Below, piece after piece: positions 19,201 through 27,008 of a DNA stretch of 51,926 nucleotides (position 1 is its first letter; each line of letters opens with the position of its first letter). The notes under the pieces were generated by a model. The model had not been told where the DNA came from. It worked only from the letters and a program-made list of their open reading frames with translations, and ran no database searches. The position numbers and the translations under genes were made by a program. This DNA comes from Candidatus Giovannonibacteria bacterium RIFCSPLOWO2_02_FULL_45_28 (GTDB taxonomy: Bacteria; Patescibacteriota; Minisyncoccia; UBA11713; 2-01-FULL-45-33), in NCBI GenBank assembly GCA_001780725.1, contig MFIM01000006.1, positions 1 through 51,926 on the forward strand, read 5' to 3'.

Positions 19201-20444
19201 CTGTTGGAAAAGACATTAACGGCTACGCAATTCCCAGCGGACAATATCTTGTGCAGATTACTGATACGACAACAAACGCTTCAGACCAAAGCAACGCGCC
19301 GTTTAGTATTGTAGATGTTGTTACTGGTGTTCCGGATTTGACCATTACTAAGCTTTCTGTGTATAGAATGGATTCTCTCAATGTCGGAATTGATTATTGT
19401 ATAAAGAATATTGGGAATGCCGATGCGGGTAAATTTTATTTAGAATTTTACAACCTAGACAACCCCTCCTGGGGTTTTGGCGGAGCTGGCTTCGACTCGC
19501 TTGCTGTTGGAAAAGAATTTTGCAGTAAATCAAGCAGAAGTGGTGTTGGATCAAGCGGCGGCAACGGATATGTTCAAGGAAACAACAGAATCAAGGTCTT
19601 TGTAGACGCGAGATATGAAGTGAAAGAATCTAATGAAAATAATAATGAACTAACTTACACTTTTGACACAACACTGACTAGTCCTTCCATCACCGTTCTT
19701 TCTCCGAACGGGGGGGAGAGTTGGGCAGTTGGTTCGGTTCAAACAATTAAGTGGAATTCTACAGGAGTTGGCAAGATTTCCATTTGGCTTTGCAAATCCG
19801 GAGTTTGCGGGCGTTTTGGAAACATTCCTGCGACTGGCATAAATAATACGGGTTCTTACACATTCACTGTAGACACGAGCGTAACTCCCTTTGGGGCTTA
19901 TACGCCAGGTTCCGATCTGAAAATCAGAGTAGCGAGTGAAGATAACTATCCAACCTCCACTGTTTATGACGACAGCAACGCGCCGTTTAGTATTGTTGCC
20001 CCGAGTCCAGATTTAGTTGTTACCTCATTTAGCGTGCCAAGTGGAACGCTTGGACAGGTCGTGAACGCTTCCGCAACCATCTTAAATCAAGGTTCGGCCA
20101 GCACAGGTAGCGGCTTCAGAATAGAGATTGACTATAGCTATCCTCCCGACCTACCATGGGATTGTTCCTACGCGTCGCAGGGCTCTGCCAACACAGACGC
20201 CCTTGCAGTAGGAGCTTCCCGCACCGTTTCAATTCCGCTTACGTTGCCTTCCGTCCGAACCGGCCCTTTCAACGCTGTGATTATGGCTGATTCCGATTGC
20301 GCCATCAGCGAGTCAAATGAAGACAATAATTTCCGCTCTGCGACATATAGCGTTGCGTACAATTCTACGCTTTCCCCGAGCTTTTCAGGGATTGCAAATG
20401 TTCTTGAAGCCGCGAAGCCCTTGTGGTGGCCGACAGGATTTTAA
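16260..20444 (+). CDS. Large modular secreted/surface protein (peptidoglycan-binding, PKD-like, Ig-like repeats, CARDB)
   Basis: Signal peptide; VSKLQKFL...TGFYGPLTEQAVKRWQ; four SITV(L/V)SPNGGESW repeats closed by S(D/N)(A/N)(P/S)F; two PDL CARDB-like modules. Confidence 0.85.
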   Translation: MKNIKLALAGAVYFGLISVIFTAMPQAASAALTESQIQAILSLLQSFGADQTVVGNVNSSLRGLPTTGGGGGTAAFCPNFTYNLYLGLNDSDTEGQVSKLQKFLAQDQTVYPEGTITGFYGPLTEQAVKRWQAKNSVVSSGSPDTTGYGVVGSRTRERVRANCGFSTPVPPTPIPPPSSSNLPPVISGVSGPTTLNTGQSGTWTVTARDPENGPLSYNVVWGDENVYSVPTLAPSASAPVQQTATFSHTYSSSRVYTPVFYVTDSQGLSAKTSLSVNVGGTVTTQPSITVLSPNGGESWAVGSSHGISWTDSNLGSLGISITLVDSATGGQVFARDLATNIGNNRYYTWTIPNDVPAGSYKINIYTSDCCKPSASDSSDAPFSVTSQAQPLVKITSPVANSTLTSKNITVSGTCSNYFGAVDVFYYSDKKEEVFVQCISGKWSTNISVNSNAGSGSFDLYAQLYPNNTSVQDIIKLYFNWSSAPSITVLSPNGGESWQMQNIHTIRWTPYDPNTGVNSADKVTAYLERLEGGNFVTVGKIVPAGKASIHWAGEIDQFGKYASPGDYYVRTVNNITGASDRSNNSFKLVDFGTIKADLKIGGLDGPITVPLSGGTYQASWTSVNADKCLLINGTLSTSDPEFNIQMPPLGSRSIKLFPGLYGESGREGYVTISCTGSTKVEGETSDQVKILPETSTPFVRVGVPNGKEIIDFSKQYTISWASAGVAYFNIALYKNDAFFNWIAFNIPASPSYYNWTPSNTISQANIGNDVFKIYILGYKKPDGGTVDDKSDAPFSIVSAQNVTATDSDASPNYLTTSPYPVEQRPDLFILGVAKGTYVGGGTCLYGTEPNPTSCKPTTDNFTTYYDHCANESQLNEAYLTGDGKFGAYGVSAPSGYVCKNGILVKTVSTQPSITVVSPNGGESWQQGSLQTIRWSAPSSSSYVSISLIGYSQPCTTEPCPLYAVQSFTLGKAPASGGYFNWTVGKDINGYAIPSGQYLVQITDTTTNASDQSNAPFSIVDVVTGVPDLTITKLSVYRMDSLNVGIDYCIKNIGNADAGKFYLEFYNLDNPSWGFGGAGFDSLAVGKEFCSKSSRSGVGSSGGNGYVQGNNRIKVFVDARYEVKESNENNNELTYTFDTTLTSPSITVLSPNGGESWAVGSVQTIKWNSTGVGKISIWLCKSGVCGRFGNIPATGINNTGSYTFTVDTSVTPFGAYTPGSDLKIRVASEDNYPTSTVYDDSNAPFSIVAPSPDLVVTSFSVPSGTLGQVVNASATILNQGSASTGSGFRIEIDYSYPPDLPWDCSYASQGSANTDALAVGASRTVSIPLTLPSVRTGPFNAVIMADSDCAISESNEDNNFRSATYSVAYNSTLSPSFSGIANVLEAAKPLWWPTGF

Positions 20445-20511
20445 AAAATGTAAAACATAAAAAATATTAAGCTCAACTCGCTTAATCCATTAAATTTGCT
20501 ATAGTTAAAAT

Positions 20512-21483
20512 ATGGCAAAAATAGCGATTAACGGATTTGGGAGGATAGGGAGGTCGTTTTTCAAAGCCGCGTACGGAATGCCCGATTTTGGTATTGTAGC
20601 GATTAACGACTTGGCGGATGAAAAAACACTTAAGTATCTCTTAAAATACGACTCGGTCTACGGGCGTTATTTAAAGGAGCCGCATGGCGTCCAATTTTTG
20701 GCGGAAAAAGATCCGGCTAAGCTCCCGTGGAAAAAATTAGGGATTGACGTGGTTGTGGAATCCTCCGGTTTTTTTACAACTTCGGAAAAAGCCAAAGTGC
20801 ATTTGGATGCCGGAGCGAAAAGAGTAGTGATTACAGCTCCTGCGACCGGAGATGTGGTTACGGCTCTTGTGGGCGTGAATGACGACCTGTTCAAAAAAGG
20901 CCATCCGCTAACTTGCAACGCTTCCTGCACTACAAATTCTGTGGCGCCTGTTTTGAAAGTTCTTCTGGAAAATTTCGGCATTAAAAAAGCGGCGATGACG
21001 ACCGTGCATGGTTATACGGCGACTCAAAAATTAGTTGACGGGCCGGATTCCAAAGATCCGCGCCGCGGGCGGGCAGCCGCTTTAAATATTGTTCCTTCCA
21101 CGACCGGCGCGGCGGAAGCGGTGATTCAATCAATTCCGGAGCTTGCAGGAAAATTCCAGGCGGAATCAATACGCGTGCCGGTGATTACCGGCTCTATCAG
21201 CGTAACCACAGCATTGGTTGAGAAAAAAACCACTCGCGAGGCGGTAAATGATGTTTTCAAAAAAGAAGTGGCGAAACCCCGCTGGGCGCATGTTTTGAAA
21301 GTAACTGAAGATCCTATCGTTGTTACAGATATAGTGGGCGAACCCTACGGCGCGATAGTTGACACGACGCTCACGCAAGTTTTGGGAGGTGATTTGGTGA
21401 AAGTTTTCTCCTGGTACGACAACGAAGCCGGCTACACCGCGACATTAATGGAGCATGTAAGAAGAGTGGCCGAAGGATTATGA
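20512..21483 (+). CDS. gap: Glyceraldehyde-3-phosphate dehydrogenase
   Basis: INGFGRIGR, NASCTTN, WYDNE. Confidence 0.97.
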   Translation: MAKIAINGFGRIGRSFFKAAYGMPDFGIVAINDLADEKTLKYLLKYDSVYGRYLKEPHGVQFLAEKDPAKLPWKKLGIDVVVESSGFFTTSEKAKVHLDAGAKRVVITAPATGDVVTALVGVNDDLFKKGHPLTCNASCTTNSVAPVLKVLLENFGIKKAAMTTVHGYTATQKLVDGPDSKDPRRGRAAALNIVPSTTGAAEAVIQSIPELAGKFQAESIRVPVITGSISVTTALVEKKTTREAVNDVFKKEVAKPRWAHVLKVTEDPIVVTDIVGEPYGAIVDTTLTQVLGGDLVKVFSWYDNEAGYTATLMEHVRRVAEGL

Positions 21484-21788
21484 AAAAATTTTTACCGTTT
21501 TTTGGCATTTTATTATGTTTGACTGGCGGCATTTTACTGGCGTATTCTAGCGCGTGGTATTTTAGTAAAACACACACTGATCCAAATACAAATAATCTTA
21601 CTTTTGGGTTAGTTCCTATTTTCTTTATTGGTATCGCATTGGTTTATTTTCTTCTAAAAATGTTTTTCCCAGAATTTATTAGCAATGAAGAACACCGCGC
21701 AGTATTTAAACCGGCTACTAGAAAACGGTGGATTATTTTAATAATCATTATATTTGTTATCCTAAGTTATCTAGCTGGCGTAGAATAG
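21480..21788 (+). CDS. Small membrane protein (accessory)
   Basis: Three hydrophobic helices; ATGA-coupled to gap. Confidence 0.7.
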   Translation: MKKFLPFFGILLCLTGGILLAYSSAWYFSKTHTDPNTNNLTFGLVPIFFIGIALVYFLLKMFFPEFISNEEHRAVFKPATRKRWIILIIIIFVILSYLAGVE

Positions 21789-21797
21789 ATCTGTGAT

Positions 21798-21848
21798 ATG
21801 AAAATCTATATTGGAGCGGATCATGCGGGGTTTGAGTTGAAATTTTAA
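21798..21848 (+). pseudogene. rpiB 5' stub 1
   Basis: MKIYIGADHAGFELKF*, versus true RpiB MKIYLGADHAGFELKE. Confidence 0.85.
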
Positions 21849-21871
21849 TAAGAATATGATATAAATTAAAT

Positions 21872-22066
21872 ATGGCGCTAAAATTAGACGATAGAAAAAT
21901 AAAGCTTCTGGTTAAAGAGGGCGTAAAAGAGGCCATGGATTCTCAATTTATGAAATTGAGCGCATTATTGTTGCCGCACGTATCGCCAAAAGAACAGAAA
22001 GAAATCGTAAGGCTTTACGGAAGGCCATCAAGAAGGGTTGCTAAAAGTTATATTATTAAAGCATGA
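21872..22066 (+). CDS. Small protein, probable antitoxin
   Basis: 64 aa; ATGA-coupled to a RelE-like ORF. Confidence 0.55.
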   Translation: MALKLDDRKIKLLVKEGVKEAMDSQFMKLSALLLPHVSPKEQKEIVRLYGRPSRRVAKSYIIKA

Positions 22067-22218
22067 CATGGCTGGTAAATTTTTCTGCGCAGGCAGAAAA
22101 ATTTTTGGAACAGCAACAAATTCCGAAAGATGGCGTTTATGAACTGGTTCAGAAAGCATTGATGAGATTTCGAAACCCAATTAATGGTCAATCTACAGAA
22201 GAAGATAGAAACAACTAA
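22063..22218 (+). pseudogene. Truncated RelE/ParE-like toxin
   Basis: MTWLVNFSAQAEKFLEQQQIPKDGVYELVQKALMRF then unrelated tail and stop; C-terminal half absent. Confidence 0.5.
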
Positions 22219-22223
22219 AAATT

Positions 22224-22628
22224 ATGATCGAAACTATTTTATCTCCTATCAGTTTTATCGCGGCTCTTTATTTTGTTTTTAATTTGATTACATGGATAGC
22301 GTGTAGGTTCGGCGACTCTATTTGTCAAGAAAGCTTTCCAGTAATTTCTCTTGGTGTGTTGGTTGTTTCGGAAACACTAAGGAGGTGGTCTAAAAGTAAA
22401 ATCCGCCAAAAAGAGTTCGGTTGGGAGAAAAAATTCTTTTTGAGACTTATTCCGGCCCTAATTTTAAATCTCATCTTTTGGATAGGCGCTTGGGGTAATC
22501 CTTACGCATATACATATCTTGTGCTTATACCTTATATTTCCTTAAATGGTTTTTACTTGTTGTTCATAATTGCTAAGGCTATAGAAGATCATAAAATTCA
22601 AAATGAAACGCCGCTTCGCATCAATTGA
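22224..22628 (+). CDS. Membrane protein (accessory)
   Basis: About four TM segments. Confidence 0.7.
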   Translation: MIETILSPISFIAALYFVFNLITWIACRFGDSICQESFPVISLGVLVVSETLRRWSKSKIRQKEFGWEKKFFLRLIPALILNLIFWIGAWGNPYAYTYLVLIPYISLNGFYLLFIIAKAIEDHKIQNETPLRIN

Positions 22629-22642
22629 TTATATAGAGCGTA

Positions 22643-23158
22643 ATGTCATTTTTTCGTCCAAATTGTTCTCTTATCATTTCGTTACTGATTTGTATTGCTC
22701 TGATTGGCTTGACCTATTTTTATTATTTGAACATAAAACCTACCCAAGTTTTTAGTAGTAATTGTTTAAATCAGAATGCAGATAAAAATCCGCAGGAACT
22801 GGTTAAAAATGTTATAATTGAATTTGAGGAAGCCCAAATTCTCGGTGATCAGCGCGCTTTATCGGATTGCGTCTCGCCGTCGCTGGATTTAAGCTTTTTG
22901 AGAACTCCTACCAATCGCGGTCTCGGTTGCTATACTGAATGTGTAGGGCCTGTTTATGAAATAGTGTATGTTCAACAAAGCGGCTCTGACGAATACATTG
23001 CGGATGTAAATGAAAAGCGCCGGTTTTATAGCCCGGGTATCGGCGGGGGCTCTTATCCCGAAGCAACGGTTCCGGTAAAGTTTGTTTTAAAGAAATTTAA
23101 TAATCAATGGCTTATTACCAGTTATAATACTAAACTGTCCCATTCCTACGGTGAATAA
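22643..23158 (+). CDS. Membrane-anchored exported protein
   Basis: N-terminal TM; NTF2-like C-terminal pattern (KFVLKKFNNQWLITSY). Confidence 0.6.
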   Translation: MSFFRPNCSLIISLLICIALIGLTYFYYLNIKPTQVFSSNCLNQNADKNPQELVKNVIIEFEEAQILGDQRALSDCVSPSLDLSFLRTPTNRGLGCYTECVGPVYEIVYVQQSGSDEYIADVNEKRRFYSPGIGGGSYPEATVPVKFVLKKFNNQWLITSYNTKLSHSYGE

Positions 23159-23180
23159 TAATTGAGCTAATAACAATCTT

Positions 23181-23240
23181 ATGAAAATCTACATCGGAGC
23201 TGACCATGCGGGATTTGACGTGCTTTTAATAAATTTTTAA
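23181..23240 (+). pseudogene. rpiB 5' stub 2
   Basis: MKIYIGADHAGFDVLLINF*. Confidence 0.85.
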
Positions 23241-23249
23241 TATATAAAT

Positions 23250-23516
23250 ATGCCAAAAGAAATAACAAATGATGAATTAGCGCGGATGATTGCCAAAGGA
23301 TTTGATGATATGGGCAATCGTTTTAAGGAAACAGCTTCAAAAACCGATACCGAGCATTTAAAGTTGCGGGTAGATCATATAGATGCCACATTAAGCGTTA
23401 TGAGCAGGGATGTTGCTGATATTAAGAAACATTTTGTTTACAGAGATGAATTTGAGGATCTTATGGCTCGCGTAAAATATCTTGAAACAAAGTTGGACGT
23501 AGAAAGCGGAAAATGA
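23250..23516 (+). CDS. Small coiled-coil hypothetical protein
   Basis: ITNDELARMIAKGF...LMARVKYLETKL. Confidence 0.7.
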   Translation: MPKEITNDELARMIAKGFDDMGNRFKETASKTDTEHLKLRVDHIDATLSVMSRDVADIKKHFVYRDEFEDLMARVKYLETKLDVESGK

Positions 23517-23611
23517 CTACTACTTTAAAAGTTTTTAGCTGGTACGACAACGAAGCCGGATACGCGGCTACTTTAGTTGAGCATGTTAGAAGGGTGGCAG
23601 AGAATTTATGA
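23513..23611 (+). pseudogene. gap 3' stub forming a 32-aa mini-ORF
   Basis: MTTTLKVFSWYDNEAGYAATLVEHVRRVAENL*, versus gap VKVFSWYDNEAGYTATLMEHVRRVAEGL*; ATGA overlaps at both ends. Confidence 0.9.
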
Positions 23612-23892
23612 GCGAACCAAATTTAATAATTCAGATAATAAGTTGGACTTTGGTTCTAATATCGCCATATCTGATTGCAAGTTTTGCTACTCAGTTTTCC
23701 ACAAAATGGGTTAGATATTTTGGTGCTATGGCTGGCTCCATGGCATGTGTTGCGATTTTGTATTTTCTTTTTGGTAAACTTGGATTTCTTGCGGCAAATC
23801 CATCGGCCCTAGTAGTCTTTTTTATTCTTTTGCCGCTTTCTATACTTATACCATTCGCAGTTATATCAACTTACGAAAGTCATCAAAGATAA
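23608..23892 (+). CDS. Small membrane protein (accessory)
   Basis: Three TM helices; ATGA-coupled to the gap stub. Confidence 0.7.
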   Translation: MSEPNLIIQIISWTLVLISPYLIASFATQFSTKWVRYFGAMAGSMACVAILYFLFGKLGFLAANPSALVVFFILLPLSILIPFAVISTYESHQR

Positions 23893-23902
23893 TTTATTTC
23901 CG

Positions 23903-24346
23903 ATGAAAATTTATCTTGGCGCTGATCATGCGGGGTTTGAGTTAAAAGAAACTCTAAAAAAGTTTCTTTTAGAGTTAGGCCACGAGGTTGAGGACAAAGG
24001 CGCGTTTAAATATGAGCCGGAGGATGATTATCCGGATTTTATCTTGCCAGTTGCGAAAGCAGTAGAGCAGAGTCAAGGAGCGAAAGTTCGAGGGATAGTT
24101 ATCGGCGGTTCCGGTCAAGGAGAAGCAATGTGTGCGAACCGTGTCCGAGGCGTTCGTACCGCGGTGTACTACGGAGGTGATTTTGAAATTGTGCGGCTTT
24201 CCAGGGCACATAATAATGCGAATGTTTTGGCGTTGGGAGCGCGAATGATGGATGACGAACTTGCCAAAAAGGCAGTGAAGCTGTGGTTGGAAACTCCGTT
24301 TGATGGTGGACGGCACCAGCAGAGAATTGAAAAGCTAGATGTTTAA
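23903..24346 (+). CDS. rpiB: Ribose-5-phosphate isomerase B
   Basis: GADHAG, DDYPD, GGSGQG, HNNANVL, GGRH. Confidence 0.95.
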   Translation: MKIYLGADHAGFELKETLKKFLLELGHEVEDKGAFKYEPEDDYPDFILPVAKAVEQSQGAKVRGIVIGGSGQGEAMCANRVRGVRTAVYYGGDFEIVRLSRAHNNANVLALGARMMDDELAKKAVKLWLETPFDGGRHQQRIEKLDV

Positions 24347-24477
24347 GTATACACAGTTTTTTTATCGAGCGAGCTTGTATTATTTTTGCTTTCCTCGCGG
24401 CTGCGAAGCGCAGCCCTCGGGGTTGCCTGCTGGCAAAACCCGCAAAAACAACACAAGCTCGCTCTTGTGTTATACTT
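24345..24477. repeat. MITE-like or structured element with nested inverted repeats
   Basis: aagtatacaca / tgtgttatactt and gagcgagcttgt / acaagctcgctc enclose two inner hairpins. Confidence 0.65.
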
Positions 24478-24482
24478 AGCGC

Positions 24483-25118
24483 ATGGTTGAAATAATACCA
24501 TCCATCAATGTTTCTGATTTTGATGAGCTAAAAAAGCGGATAAAAAAAGTTGAGCCATACGCCAAGTGGGCGCATTTGGATGTGTCGGACGGTGTTTTTA
24601 CAAAACATGTCAGCTGGCACGAGCCGAAAGATTTGGTTTGGATTAAAACCAAGCTGAAATTGGAAGTTCATTTAATGACTGACCGGCCGGAAAGGACAAT
24701 TGAAGAATGGCTGATAAGGCCGGTTTCGCGCATTATTTTTCATCAGGAAGCCACAAAAGATCACCGGCTTTTGATAGATAAAATTCATAAAGCCAAAAAA
24801 GAGGCGGGGATGGCGATAAAGCCGGATACGCCGTGGCTTAAGCTGTTCCCTTATATCAAAAAGGTTGATATGTTTCAGCTTTTAGCGGTCTCTCCTGGAC
24901 CGTCCGGCCAGGAATTTAGCGAAGAAATTCTCCACAAACTGGGGCATATACGGCACGTCTGCCCGGAGTGTATAATAGAAGTTGACGGCGGAGTGAATAA
25001 ACGCGTCGCAGCCAGATGCATTAAAGAAGGCGCAGATTTGCTTGTGGCTGGCAAAGCGATTTTTGAATCGGAGAATATTAAAAAAACAATTAAAGAGTTA
25101 TCCGGCAAAATTAAGTAA
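24483..25118 (+). CDS. rpe: Ribulose-phosphate 3-epimerase
   Basis: HLDVSDG, EVHLM, IEVDGGVN, LVAG. Confidence 0.93.
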   Translation: MVEIIPSINVSDFDELKKRIKKVEPYAKWAHLDVSDGVFTKHVSWHEPKDLVWIKTKLKLEVHLMTDRPERTIEEWLIRPVSRIIFHQEATKDHRLLIDKIHKAKKEAGMAIKPDTPWLKLFPYIKKVDMFQLLAVSPGPSGQEFSEEILHKLGHIRHVCPECIIEVDGGVNKRVAARCIKEGADLLVAGKAIFESENIKKTIKELSGKIK

Positions 25119-25123
25119 TTTTT

Positions 25124-25984
25124 ATGCTCCACTTGCACGAAAGTAAAATTAAATTTTTAGAAGAAAGGGCGAATGCCGTACGGCAGTCCATTATTGAGAT
25201 GCTGGTGGAGGCGGGGAGCGGGCATACGGCCGGACCTTTGGGTATGGCGGACGTTTTTACCGCTTTTTATTTTCACATTTTAAATCACAACCCAAAAAAA
25301 CCGTATTGGGAGGAGCGTGACCGCCTGATTTTATCCAATGGGCATATTTGCCCTGTGAGATATGCCGCAATGGCGCACGCGGGATATTTTCCTCTGGAAG
25401 AATTAAAGACATTAAGAAAATTGGGAACGCGTCTTCAAGGGCATCCTCATCGCGCCGCTTTGCCGGGAGTTGAAACAACCTCCGGTCCATTGGGATCCGG
25501 ACTTAGTCAGGCATCTGGCTATGCTTACGGCGCGAAAATTGACGGTAGGAAATTTAAAGTTTATTGTTTTATGTCCGACGCCGAACAGCAAGCCGGAAAT
25601 ACCTGGGAGGCAGCGATGTTCGCTGGGAAATACAAGTTAAATAATCTGATCGGGCTTATTGACCGCAACAACATCCAGATTGACGGGATGACCGAAGACA
25701 TTATGCCTCTGGAGCCGCTTCGCGCAAAATACGAGGCATTCAATTGGCATGTTTTGGAAATTGACGGGCATAATTTTGAGGAAATTGTGAACGCAGTTGA
25801 AGAAGCCAAAGCGATTTATGAAAAGCCGACCGTCATTATTTCACACAACATTCCGGGCAAGGGAATAAAGGAAATAGAATTTGATTACAAATGGCACGGC
25901 ATTCCGCCAAATAAAGAGCAAGCCGCGAAGTTTTTAGCGGAGCTCCGAACATTAGGAGGCAAAATAAAATCTGAACACGAATAA
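25124..25984 (+). CDS. tktA: Transketolase, N-terminal subunit
   Basis: GSGH, DRLILSNGH, LQGHP, GPLGSG, SDAE (GDGE equivalent). Confidence 0.93.
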   Translation: MLHLHESKIKFLEERANAVRQSIIEMLVEAGSGHTAGPLGMADVFTAFYFHILNHNPKKPYWEERDRLILSNGHICPVRYAAMAHAGYFPLEELKTLRKLGTRLQGHPHRAALPGVETTSGPLGSGLSQASGYAYGAKIDGRKFKVYCFMSDAEQQAGNTWEAAMFAGKYKLNNLIGLIDRNNIQIDGMTEDIMPLEPLRAKYEAFNWHVLEIDGHNFEEIVNAVEEAKAIYEKPTVIISHNIPGKGIKEIEFDYKWHGIPPNKEQAAKFLAELRTLGGKIKSEHE

Positions 25985-25985
25985 T

Positions 25986-27008
25986 ATGCCAATCAATCCA
26001 AAAGTAAAATTAGTTGAGAATATTTTGGAAAAAGAGAAGCTTGAGCAGGCGCCGACCAGGAAGGGCTATGGCGAGGGGCTTTTGGCTGCCGGAGAGCTAA
26101 ACGAAAAAATCGTTGCGCTTTGCGCGGATCTCACAGAATCAACCCAGATGCATCTCTTTGCCAAGAAATTCCCGCAAAGATTTATTGAAATGGGCGTGGC
26201 CGAACAAAATTTGGCAACTATTGCGGCTGGGCTCGCCAATTACGGTAAAATTCCTTTCATTTCTTCTTATGCGATGTTCAGCCCGGGGAGAAATTGGGAG
26301 CAGATCCGGACTACGATTTGCTATAATGATGTTCCTGTTAAAATTGCCGGATCGCACGCTGGTGTGTCTGTTGGGCCGGACGGCGCGACTCATCAGGCTG
26401 TTGAGGATATCGCGATTATGCGGCCGATTCCGAATATGACGGTTATCAATCCCTGCGATACCAATGAAGCAAAGAAAGCTACAATGGCTGCTGCTTTGGT
26501 AAATGGGCCGGTTTATTTGCGCTTCGCGCGGGAAAAAACGCCTGTTTTTACGACGCTGGATACGCCGTTTGAAGTTGGAAAAGCGGAAATTTTCTGGGAT
26601 TCTCTGATCGAAGTCCGACTTCAATCAGCACTCGATGTTGCGATTATCGCTTGTGGTCCGCTTGTGCACAATGCTATTTTAGCTACGGCCGATTTGGAAA
26701 AAGAAGGCATTAAAATTCGCGTAATAAACAATCATACAATAAAGCCAATGGATGAAAAAACTATTATTCAGGCGGCTAAAGATTCTGGCGCGGTAGTAAC
26801 TGTAGAGGAGCACCAAGTGCAAGGCGGGATGGGCTCGGCGGTGGCGGAAGTTTTGGCTAAAAATTATCCGGTGCCGATAGAATTTGTCGGAGTTCAAAAT
26901 CGCTTTGGTGAAAGCGGTACGCCGAATGAACTCATTGAACACTTCGGCATGGGTGTTTCGCATATTAAAGAGGCGGTTAAAAAGGTTTTAAAAAGAAAGA
27001 TTAAATGA
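25986..27008 (+). CDS. tktB: Transketolase, C-terminal subunit
   Basis: GVAEQN, GPDGATHQ, VTVEEH; insert IEVRLQS. Confidence 0.93.
   Translation: MPINPKVKLVENILEKEKLEQAPTRKGYGEGLLAAGELNEKIVALCADLTESTQMHLFAKKFPQRFIEMGVAEQNLATIAAGLANYGKIPFISSYAMFSPGRNWEQIRTTICYNDVPVKIAGSHAGVSVGPDGATHQAVEDIAIMRPIPNMTVINPCDTNEAKKATMAAALVNGPVYLRFAREKTPVFTTLDTPFEVGKAEIFWDSLIEVRLQSALDVAIIACGPLVHNAILATADLEKEGIKIRVINNHTIKPMDEKTIIQAAKDSGAVVTVEEHQVQGGMGSAVAEVLAKNYPVPIEFVGVQNRFGESGTPNELIEHFGMGVSHIKEAVKKVLKRKIK
26610..26622. repeat. GAAGTCCGACTTC palindrome, in-frame in transketolase C
   Basis: Same family as the uvrA copies. Confidence 0.7.

Noticed and set aside
20512-21483. Alternative genetic code (TGA as Gly/Trp)
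   Set aside because: gap and pheS end at their expected C-termini on TGA, and conserved genes are uninterrupted under code 11
21798-23611. CRISPR-like array from the recurring stubs
   Set aside because: The repeats are coding-gene fragments separated by whole genes, not regular repeat-spacer units
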